A DNA stretch of 62,366 bases, filler included, from Basidiobolus ranarum (lineage: Eukaryota): NCBI GenBank assembly GCA_040143965.1. It is 12 parts of 12 records of this genome, joined end to end, with 100 filler letters (N's around TTAATTAATTAA, not from the genome) between each part and the next. Parts side by side here need not be neighbours in the genome. Positions count along the whole stretch, not along the records: positions 10,433 to 15,546 come from JASJQH010008585.1; positions 15,647 to 20,758 come from JASJQH010008586.1; 10 more parts are not named here. One strand, written 5' to 3'. Every line of letters begins with the position of its first letter. The stretch's first letter is position 1. The notes under the pieces were generated by a model. The model ran no database searches. It was not told the DNA's origin and was given only the letters and a program-made list of their open reading frames with translations. A program made the position numbers and the translations under genes. Of the stretch, positions 10,433 to 20,858 are shown in pieces.

Positions 10433-11653
10433 AATCAAGATATCTCATGTGAGAATCCTTGTTGGTAGTCATAGATAGAGCAGATATGAACAAGTGATCT
10501 TCTGTTGTAACCACATTTCCAGATTCAGTATGTTTTTCTTCTTTTACAATTCTTTTGAAGCAATCTTTGCTTAAATGGCCAGTTCTTTTATAGTAATCAC
10601 AGAATGTGTTACTTTTCCTCTTAAAGTGCTTTTGACCACTATAGGAAGGTCTCCCATAGCCTATTAAAGCATTTTCTTCATTCTTTTGGTTGGATCCTGA
10701 TTTGCATAATTATTCATCCAGAAGTCTGCCAAATATATAATCCAAGGTCAAATTTTCAGTTCATATTTCTAGAGCCATTACTAGGCTCTGAAACTCATGT
10801 GGCAGGCTATTCAGGATTGTAACTATGATATCTTGATCAGTAATAGATACACCAATGCATTCCATTTCATCCACTAAAATAATGACTCTAATAATTAGTG
10901 ATTTAATGTCTTCTCCTGGCTTCATCTATAAGTTAAAGAATTGTTTTCTTAGAAACATCTTGTTGGCAGCAGAACTTGTTTGGTAGGTATCTTCCAAGGC
11001 TTTCCATACCTTCTTAGCAGTTTTAGCTCATGAACATTGAATTAGCAATTTGTCTTTAACATTAAGACAAATTGTGTTAAAGGCACTTTGTTCTTTTTAA
11101 CTTGGAGTAAAATTTTGGTTTCAGATAGTTTTGCATTGTTTTCTTCTTCTACAACAGTGTCCCAAAGTCCTTTTTCTTGCAGCTGCACTTTCATTTTAAT
11201 TTTCCAAACTTGATAATTAGTTCCATCCAATTTTTCAGAAGAGGGAAAAGTTCTATAGATTTGAGAAGTAGACATTACAGAGAGTGCAAGCTTGGGGCTC
11301 ATAACCTGTTCAAGCATTTGGGAGCCTGTTGGAAGTGGTTTGGAGAATTAGAGGAATTGGTGGTTTTTGCTTCTTGATTTATTGAGTAGAAAGTTGACAT
11401 TTATAGTTTTATCAAGATGTAAGCAAACTACAATGTAGAGTGTGTTAAGGAAGGTTCCAGGAACATGTGTGCACAGTTTGGGGCTTCTAGCACAAGCTTG
11501 AAAAATCTATATATATGAGAACTTCTAAGTTGGTTAAATATTCTAAGTAAATTCCGATTGAGAACAGTGGATTATATCTTAGTGAAATATAAGATAACTA
11601 AGTACTAAGCTATATATGACTATATAGGTGTTTAGGCAATGCTAATTTCAACC
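10433..11653 (-). mobile_element. Copia family A: 5' LTR (11307-11653), PBS (11295-11306), decayed gag (ATG 11275) to protease start
   Basis: LTR...TGAACA, then GGTTATGAGCCC, then MSTSQIYRTFPSSEKLDGTNYQVWKIKMKVQLQEKGLWDTVV; later CDYYKRTGHLSKDC zinc-knuckle remnant; frameshifts and stops. Confidence 0.9.
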
Positions 11654-11654
11654 G

Positions 11655-12520
11655 TTATAAAGATATAGAGATATTCCTAATTAGAATATAGAGGCTCTAT
11701 ATACATTTCTTTGTGTTTCTCTTATATATAATAAAACTAAAATTAACTAATATGTGGAATAAAGAACAGTTATGCAACAAGAACTACTGGTTTTCACTTA
11801 ATGATTTATGGAGCTGAGAGTTAATATCTGTAGTTTTGTCACGTGGTAAACAAGGTCTCAGGAACAGGTGTGCCAAGATTGGGGCTTCTAGGCCAAGTCT
11901 TGAAAAGCTATATATCTCAGAACTTTTAAGTAAATTCCTTTTCAGAGGAGGGAGTTATATCTTTCTGAAATACAAAATGACTAAATACTTAGCTATATGT
12001 GACTATGTAGAAGCTAAGGCTATGTTAATTTCAACAGTATCTAGGTGCTCAATGCTAATATCTTTACAATATCAAGGCCTAACACTGATCTTTATGGCTT
12101 TATGCCACTCACCCGTATTCTCTCCCAGGTGCAGCCAAATTCTTAAGTTTTATCAGATAGCTTCGAATATTCTCAATAGGGCTGATATGTGCTGATGATT
12201 ATAGACTCAAAGGCAGTCATCAATCCTGAAATGTTAAGCTTAGTGACTATAAATAGCTTCTCATGTTGAAATTCTCATAGCCAAAACATCCATATAGGCA
12301 TATATTGTTAAAGTATTTTGGGAGCCTGTTGGCAGTGGTTTAAGGAACTGTTGAAATTAATAGTCTTCACTTATTGATTTATGGAGTAGAATGTTGACAT
12401 TTATAGTTTTGTGAAGATATCAGCAAACAAACGTGTACAATGTGCTAAGGAAGGTCCCAGAAGCATATGTACAAAGTTTGGGGCTGATAACTCCAGTTTG
12501 AAAAATCTATATATCTGATA
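11655..12520. repeat. Cluster of LTR fragments (family C ~11655-11745; family A ~11840-12036 and ~12306-12520)
   Basis: Direct similarity to the family A and family C consensus sequences seen elsewhere in the window. Confidence 0.7.
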
Positions 12521-14732
12521 AATCTGATGCCAGCCACCTCTCACATCAATAAGCATTGTTATAAAAGATATCTAGCTTGTTGAAATATCAAAAATAAGCG
12601 CCTGGCTATTCATATATCATATCCAAGATACTAAGCATTTCTGAGCTTTATAAGTTGAAATCATGAAATCCATCTTCATATATTCGGCAAAAGTTGGTAG
12701 TGTACAAGAGAGATATATACCTGGATACTTATCCCGAATTCCATGTATTTATTAAACAAGATAGTAACTACTTGCTTACCAAACATGCAAGCCCAAATTG
12801 GAGTATATGAATTAAATAAACTGAGCAAATAGTTATTCCATTATATAGTTCAGGAAGTTGAAGACTTCAATTCAGCTAAAAAAGTCATTGTGGAGATGTT
12901 TTTACTAATTTACCAACAAACAGGAATTTAACCAAACTCAGCCCAAGAAATGTATGATATTCAGTCGGTTAGAGATGAACAGTGAACTGCGGGAAGTTTG
13001 AATCCACCCAGCCTGGTGATTGTTGAGTTATCTCATTTCCTGGATGAGTAACACAGCCATTGAATCAATTTTGACTCTCTATTGCCAACATTCTATCGTG
13101 GGATATATCTTGAGCGGTATTTCTTTGAAAACTCATGACTTGGAATATAGAGGAACATCACTTTAATAGCAAAGATCAAAGGGCAGAAAAATCTTTACTC
13201 TGATCTAATAATTCATTGACTTCTGTGAATCCTACGATAAGATAGATATCCAGGGACCGAGCTATGGCAGTTTCAAAAATAATCTAGGAACATATGGAGC
13301 TCATAGGTTTCAATGGAATAGAGTATTTGGTACTCAAGCCAAGGAATCTAGCTCACTCCTAACCATCAGGAGATTAACATGTAGCTCTAAGCAAAAGTTA
13401 CTTCAGTGAGCGCTGCAGTTGGGTCGAGTGATGATACCCCTTAGCTTAATCCATTCTCAGTGAATCTTGAATATCTAAAACCCACTTGCGCTGATTAATG
13501 AAGTGAGCTAACGCATCTATAATCCCATTTTTCCTGATGCAACCACTAATTTTATATCAAATCAAGATATGCAGAGTCACTGTATTTGTAATTGGGTGTA
13601 ATGCTGATCAGCATGGCGTTTATGGTGAGTGGTAGATGGTGAGATACTACAACGTCTATATCCCATAGTATCTTCACGAGCATGTGATCCATGAAACTTG
13701 GTCCAATAATGCGCATCTACACTTCAGATCGGTAAGATAGTATCCAACGTTTAGATCATTTATTGTGGAGTTTTGGAGCTTACCAAGAGACCAAAGTAAG
13801 GATTTATCGGGTTCTCACTTCGGCTACATATAGATCGATGAATTATGAGGAAACCCCCTCAAGTGGCTCATATCGAACGCAGGTGTAAGCGCTCGACTCT
13901 CACTCTGTCCAAATAAACCAGATGTTTGTCATCCTTTTACGCCTTCAAAAGGGCTATTGAATCATATCATGGATACACGTTACAACAACCAATACTATAT
14001 CTACCAGGTCCTCTGTGCCAACACACCATATATGGATACAGCTTAAGCTCGTTTCAGCTCCCACCTCCATCATACGCACACAAAAGACGCTTATGGAAAT
14101 TCACAAGACTAATTGCTATAGACAGTGAAGAATGAAAAGAGAATCACTAAGCCTATATTAACCTCATCATTGAGAACGTTCCTTTTATGGCCAGACACAT
14201 TCGTGAAGGCCTCCCACGCTATAGAACTGCCAGTAGACTATTAACTACACATGAAACACCCTACAAAATCAATTTTCTTCAGCTCTAAATCAATCTTTCT
14301 TTAATATTATAGAAGTGTGAAGATGGATTCTTCTTTTTTTATATTCGTATACATCTAAGAGTTCCCATTGGAATTGAATTTTTTGTGTAAAGCAGTAGTA
14401 TATTCACATTTGTAAGTCTGGGTCATTCACACAAAAATGGGACGTCTATAAATATAAAAGGTTTTGGCGATGTAGTTTGGGGAGAGGGTACAGGATATAT
14501 TTACAAGGAGATTAGGATACTGAACGAAATGGAGAATCATTAAGCCTTGAGAGAGCATTAATAAACCCCGAGAGATATCGCGATCTTCAACCGAAAGCAG
14601 GGAAGTAATAAAGAAATAGACAGAAGTGGTAGAGAATACTGGTTCATTATTGAAACTTTGAGTTGCTAAAACTTCCAATAACTATTGTGACCTGCACACA
14701 ATGAATGCAACAATGGCCCTGGTGTCTTAGTT

Positions 14733-15302
14733 TCATAAATGGGTTTTGTAATGTCTTCTAAGATTAGAGAGAACTGAGAATCGTCGTTGACAGTTGGAAA
14801 ACTCACAAACATACGGCTTCTCCCCAGTATGAGTGTGAAGATGAACTCGTAGAGAGCTTGGGCGGGGAAACCGCTTATGGCAGAGGTGACAGACGTGGCG
14901 CTTAGCAATGTAGTTGGGTTGGTTTCGCTGGAATTCGTCAGTTAAATCATTCAAATAACCATCTCCTTGCGAGTAAACTCCAATCTCTTCGTCGGTATCA
15001 GGTGTGGCGGGAGGGGAGGTTGTACCACTGCTATTGGCTGTATGTACGTCAGAACAGAGGCTTGAGTTCGAGTCCGAAAGCGAAGGAAGTAACTCTGGTA
15101 AGGTGGACCGGCTATGAAATTGTTCATTATGTTCTAATTTGGTTTTTTTATAAGAGAAATAGTCTTGATTTTTGGCATTAACACATGGCTTAAACCAGGA
15201 CTCTTGAGAGAAGAGGTCCTTGATGCTAGGGAGCTGGCTGGCTGGTGGAGTCCAGAGACCATGGGAATTGCTGGTAGAGTCCAGAGACTCTGTTTGATGC
15301 AT
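14733..15302 (-). CDS. C2H2 zinc-finger transcription factor (two C-terminal fingers)
   Basis: HVCHLCHKRFPRPSSLRVHLHTHTGEKPYVCEFSNCQRRFSVLSNLRRHYKTH with a TGEKP linker; first ATG at 15302. Confidence 0.9.
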   Translation of the reverse strand: MHQTESLDSTSNSHGLWTPPASQLPSIKDLFSQESWFKPCVNAKNQDYFSYKKTKLEHNEQFHSRSTLPELLPSLSDSNSSLCSDVHTANSSGTTSPPATPDTDEEIGVYSQGDGYLNDLTDEFQRNQPNYIAKRHVCHLCHKRFPRPSSLRVHLHTHTGEKPYVCEFSNCQRRFSVLSNLRRHYKTHL

Positions 15303-15646
15303 GGTTTGAGCGATGATAAAATGAGAATTTGTAATAAAGTTGGTTGTGGAAATAGGCTTAAAACTCACGGGAGGGTTGATTCTAAAGGCGAACTAGACCG
15401 AACGAAGGGAAAGAGCGAAGAAGAAAACTAAGATCGTTGTACCAAGAAAGTGGCAAATCGGGGTGGTTTTATACTCGCGAGGGAGCTGATCTGAAACTAA
15501 GTAGTAGCTAGCTTGATGGAGATTTGTAGGTTGAATTTTAACCGCTNNNNNNNNNNNNNNNNNNNNNNNNNNNNNNNNNNNNNNNNNNNNTTAATTAATT
15601 AANNNNNNNNNNNNNNNNNNNNNNNNNNNNNNNNNNNNNNNNNNNN

Positions 15647-16215
15647 ACGAAATAGTCGTTTTGATTTTACTGCATTGCTCGACGATAGATTTTACTGCAG
15701 CCAACACTTCTTCCTCCGAGTTACCCTTCTTCTTCATTTCATCTTTTGCTATCTTTATTCGTTCATTCTTCTTTAAGAGTATGTTTAAGAACATACGTAG
15801 CTTGTTTCCGAATTGTAAGGAGATGCCATTCAAGTACGCTGTGTTTATTTTCATTACGTCATATGAGGCTATTTGATGTGCATACTTTAAGTTAATTGGC
15901 TCATATAAACTATGTTGAAAGTATAAGTCACGATGGTTGTTGATAAGCTCTCGGTAGGTTCTTGACTTTGACAATGCTGTTTGTTTATTTGGTTTGTAAT
16001 TCTGGAGAAGCGACAAGAAGACTTCTCTGTAAAAGTCAACGTTGGAAAAATTTTCCAGGGCAAAGACAGGGCCATTTTCCAATTCTTGAATAAAAATGTA
16101 CTTCAAAAAGGTGAATGGTAGCTACGAGCGATTTGAGAAGCGGAACGTACCGTGGCTTCCACCCAATACCAGCGATTGAGATTTTGACTGCTATAATCTT
16201 TAATGGTGGTTCCAT
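15647..16215 (-). pseudogene. Probable Fanzor1 (TnpB-like) N-terminal fragment, one frameshift near 16110, cut by contig end
   Basis: MEPPLKIIAVKISIAGIGWKPRYVPLLKSLVATI / FTFLKYIFIQEL...FYREVFLSLL...YRELINNH...LKYAHQIASYDVMKINTAYLNGISLQFGNKLRMFLNILL resembles the N-terminal region of Mucorales Fanzor1 proteins as I recall them; the RuvC domain is not in the window. Confidence 0.65.
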
Positions 16216-16564
16216 AAAGAGAAGAAGAGAAAAAGCAAATTGACCTCCTTTTTAGTTTACAGATAGAAAAGTTTGTCAAGCATATAATCTCAAAAAAACC
16301 TGATGAGTTACAGCAATGAATTGCACAATTTGTCTACAATTGTTTTGTTCATTTATCTCATAGTCATCTTATTATGTTTGCTTAGGTAGTGGCTTAGTTC
16401 AGCTGGATTTGGTGAATTTGACTGATTCATTTGTGACAAGGTGCAAGATTGGTAGCTTAGGCACAAGAATGAATGCCAACATGAGAGTGTGATGGGTACA
16501 TAATTAATGATCATAAATGACAGCGTTCTGTCTATATGCATATGATTAACAAACAAAAGTGCCC

Positions 16565-16820
16565 ACTGCTCTATAATCTTTAGAGGTGGTTCCATAAAGA
16601 AAAGAGAAAAATTTATTATAACTTTTTCTTAAATACTGATTATTTTTGCTTAATGATGCCAACAATAATGTCTGAGAAAGAACCGGGTTTTGTCTCAAAA
16701 ATAAGAGCAAATCATCTCATTTTTTGTGTTGTACACGTCCCAGAAGAAAAGGTGAATCGTCTAATTTGAATTTTCAGATCATCTCAAATTGGATTTTTAA
16801 TCGTCTCATTTTAGAGTATA
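16565..16820 (-). mobile_element. Candidate transposon terminus with subterminal repeats and a second copy of the Fanzor start
   Basis: Motif ATC(G/A)TCT(C/A)A at ~16711, 16756, 16778 and 16800; minus-strand end TATACTCTAAAATGAGACG; 16570-16610 duplicates 16186-16235 (MEPPLKII start). Confidence 0.5.
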
Positions 16821-17045
16821 AAAAACCCAACGATATATATAAGAATGCGAATAGCATGAAGAAGCCAGAGAATACAGAAATTAACCTCGCCATGATAGAC
16901 AGGATCATTGAGCAAAATGAATACAGAGAAATTATGGTTCAGTTAAGATAACAGTGCAAATAATAGAGGAGGGAGGGTACATTCAGGCAGGTTGTTGTTT
17001 GTAATACAAAATCAGGCGCATCATCATAAATGAAGTGAATTCTAA

Positions 17046-19419
17046 TTAACTACGATGCGATTTTTTCATGATTTTCTCTTTTATGTTTGAGATTCGTTCT
17101 CTAAACGCTTTCCTCATCTCTACGACTTTGGATACAAATGGTTCTGCATATTGGTCCACTTTCTTGATGTATTCCTTTCCCAAGTAAACCTTTACAGTGG
17201 ATATTTTTTGCCGAATGCTCGCACGGTAATGGATGGCCTTTTCTATGTACCAATTCAGATGAGGCTGCGCAAAATCCGTATACAATTCAACAAGATCTCC
17301 CAAGGCAGAGAACGCTGTAGATCTGACTTTGGAACGTATATGGAGTATATAACTAGTGGAGTCTTTCAGAGGCATGCTTATACTTCTTCGGGCTTTGAGA
17401 AGTATGCACTGGATCGGAGTGTCTGAACATTCCTCAACATTGGGGACCTGCAGAGTCTCAGTAGGTGTATTGATCTTGCTAGGCTCAGGACTACGTTGGG
17501 AATCGAATGAAATGGTGAGATGCTTTGTAGGGATCTGGCATGTAGGCCCTATTGAGTGTACAGAGAGCTCCTTTGGTGTCTTAACTTCGATCAGTCCTCG
17601 ATCTTCGACCTTTGATAATTCTCTCGACTGAGTTTGGTCAGTTGTATTGAGTATCGGAACTGAAGTGGTGGTTTTGGGATCTGAGGGTTTGTGAACCTTT
17701 GTGGAAGCCTTTTGGAGATTCGAGTTGAGCTTTGGAGGAGTGTGAACTGTTAAATCAGTAGAGGGTTTACTAATGATGGATATAGAGTTTGAATTGGATG
17801 GTTGAGGCGATAAAGATTTTGCTGATATACTAGTGGTTTGATTTAATAGCTCTACTATCTCTGGACGCTCTCCTGCAGAATTATCCGCTGGTTCGTCGGG
17901 TATATCTATATCGAGTCCCGGAATAGGAAGCAGTATCCATAAGATCAAAGAAAAAGCAACCATGAGCGTAGTAAACCATCGAAGGGATCGTCTTTTCTTT
18001 CTCTTCAATTCAAATGCAACTTGTTTGGTTGCAGATTTGATTGCATCTACATGGAATTCAAGAACTCGATTGTATACACATTGGCTGTCCAGTAAAGTAA
18101 ACTCAGTAGTGGTTAAGATGGTTTCACCGCAGATATCACCTTTGTTCTTGAGCCAGCCATGTGTGAGTAGGATATTCGAGTCCGTAAACGACTTGATGTT
18201 CACTTCATTCTTTTCAAGCATTTCCAAGATGGATTTCCGGCATTCAACGATTTCATCCACATTTAGAGCCTCAGTCCCAACGATTATTGGAACCACATTC
18301 ACCCGTTGAGAAATAAGCACCATATCACTTACATCATCGTTGTTGGGAAATGGAGAGATGAAGTAAAAGCAAACATCCACCACATTCTTTCTCGTATGCG
18401 GCGAATTTGGAAGAAAAGAGGATTCTAACGACTGAATATACTGGAGAGTATCAGAGGCGCTGCGACCAATGAAATCTCCAACCTGAATATATACACCGCT
18501 ATCCTCATATCGCACTACAGAGTTTCGTAAATCATCACGGCCAAGAAGAACGGACATTGGTAACACTACATAGTTAATCCCAAATTCTCGTCTAGATCCA
18601 AGCATTGTCGAAGAACCAGATAAGGTCTGACTGTTGGTAGGTGACGGCTCGAACAACCGGGCAAGGGAATGGCTGATTTTCTCGAGAATAGGCTCTTTAT
18701 CGTCGCCATTTGCTCCAGATCCTATAAAGATAATTCGTAAAGTAAGCGGCAACTCAAAAGTTATCGTGTCGAAAGCTGAGTTTTCCAGGGTAAATCGAAG
18801 ATTTTCCTCAAAGGCCGATGCGTGAAGCCCATGTGAATCCGCTGAAGTTAAACGTGCTTGCGTTGAATCAAAGGCACCGTCCCTGAAGCACAATTACAAA
18901 TTAGTTAAAGTGATATGAAGTCACAATGGTCTATTCAAACTCACTTCTTAGGTTCATGGTCAGGCAAATCGACCTCTGTCTTTTCCTCAACAATCGGATC
19001 TTTTACTTCCTCCGGTTTATTCTCTTCAGAAATTACCTTGTCTACATGGAAATTCTCCGAGGTGTGTACTTCGGTTTCATTCGAATGTAGATCGGTGTTG
19101 ACGGTATATGGTTTCTCGTCACTACTAACCAAAATTTATAAAATTTAATATCTCAAGCCATCCTCGCCAAGATAATAACCCTTTCTTACTTTTTCTCGGG
19201 TGAAGCCAAGTACGGACCGGGGAGTTCAACTGAGTCCAAAAATGAAATAGCACTTTGCTCAGAAGTCGAATTTCTGGAAGAAGTTTCAGAACCCAGTGAC
19301 TCCCACAGAAAAGCTTCCTCCACCACCTCAAAATCAGAGTCATCTGATTCTGATAAAAATGAGACTTCTTCTATCACCGCTTCGGATGGAGGAAACTGTT
19401 GGGTGGATTGTATTACCAT
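17046..19419 (-). CDS. Three-exon, ~748-aa protein: acidic N-terminus, degenerate septin-like domain, one TM helix, S/T/P-rich C-terminal region
   Basis: Exons 19419-19190, 19124-18945 and 18882-17046 splice in frame with GT-AG; VDVCFYFISP...SQRVNVVPIIV...E..ECRKSILEMLEKNEVNI is septin-like; TM segment WFTTLMVAFSLILWILLPI follows KRKKRR. Confidence 0.75.
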
Positions 19420-20858
19420 GCTATTTGGAGCTCTTAACGCAAGCTACTGAAAAAGAAATAAAGATTAAAAACATCTGTTAAGCAAGTAAATAATGCATTG
19501 CTTTGCCCCTAACATTCAAGATTAGACCAAAAAGTTGGAAACTGAGTTACGAAGATTATTCTTGAACAAAGAAGCGTTACGCTTTTTGCTATGGACAAAC
19601 CGTGGAAGGAGGTAAATAGACTTAGAAACACAAAACAAAATACACACAAAAGGCAAATATTTGGTTATTGCAACTTGAACGAGAAGCCTGAGTACTGCAA
19701 CGAGAGAGGAGGTCAAGAGGCTACAGTGAAAACGTTTTCACCTACTTTACTGGTAGACTGGGTTGATCTTACTAAGAGCTATTACTGAGTGAGTATTATG
19801 AGCTTGAAGAGATGCTGATGCCCAGTAACGATGCAGATAAAAATATGAGACTAGCTGATTGTGACTGCTGCTTTATATAAGGATTTTACAACATTAAGCA
19901 CAATGTGTATCGCTAGCATTCCCATCGTCGAATAGGGAGATAGGCAATGAATATATCGCAACATATAGGAACACTCATTTGGCATCAGATAATTACCACA
20001 TTTGCACATGTTTAGAAGGTTAACAATGGTGCCAATCTTCTCGAATGATGGGAGAATAATGCTATCATTGACCGAAATAAGATAGGTTTCAGCTTTATTT
20101 ATCAGTTTTCCAGCGAGCAAGGAATATATATTACTTCCCACCACAAAGTTACTTAAGTTGCTCTGAGAATTGCACACACAAACTCAGAGTGCGCAACAAA
20201 CTGATTCCCAACGTTTGTGAGATGGCGAGCGCTAAGGTGTGTAAGAAATATAAGCGCAAACAGTGGTTGCTATAGTGATTTGTTTGACCAGTTGAAGGAT
20301 AGCCAATGGAGGTGTCTTGGGGCTCGTGATCTGAAATACGTACATTAAAACACCGCAGACGGTGTATTGAGATGTACAAGGTTTTAGTCACCAACCAACC
20401 AAACATTCTTTTTGGAGATCAATTTGTGACTGGGAGGGTCAATGGATGCCAATCCTATATTATGAAGCAGCTAAATGGCCAGTCCTAGGGCTGCCCATTG
20501 TCACACATACCTTCAGCCCCTATAATGCTACCTCGTGAGTCCAAGTTTGATCCAGGAGCGTCAGGATATTTTATGCGCAAGTTAGGGGATATGGCTTAGC
20601 CATCCCAGGTGACCGGTTTGTGAATATTTGTCTTGTACCATTCTTTTGTGGATTGAGATCTTGATTTACTAAGCTTAATCAATGGCGGGCTGCTCCAATC
20701 AAATCAGGCACTCGAGGGTTCCTCCTCGCCGTTTCTCCTAACAATGCCAACTGGACCGNNNNNNNNNNNNNNNNNNNNNNNNNNNNNNNNNNNNNNNNNN
20801 NNTTAATTAATTAANNNNNNNNNNNNNNNNNNNNNNNNNNNNNNNNNNNNNNNNNNNN

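Noticed and set aside
12550-14300. Possible pseudogene debris (also 27200-27950, 42300-43600, 19850-20758)
   Set aside because: No motif or consistent frame could be recognised by eye; would need BLASTx.
17151-19481. Plus-strand and alternate-frame ORFs overlapping the septin-like gene, and likewise those over CBM18, GH17, MFS, bHLH and Sec15
   Set aside because: Antisense or frame shadows of well-supported genes.
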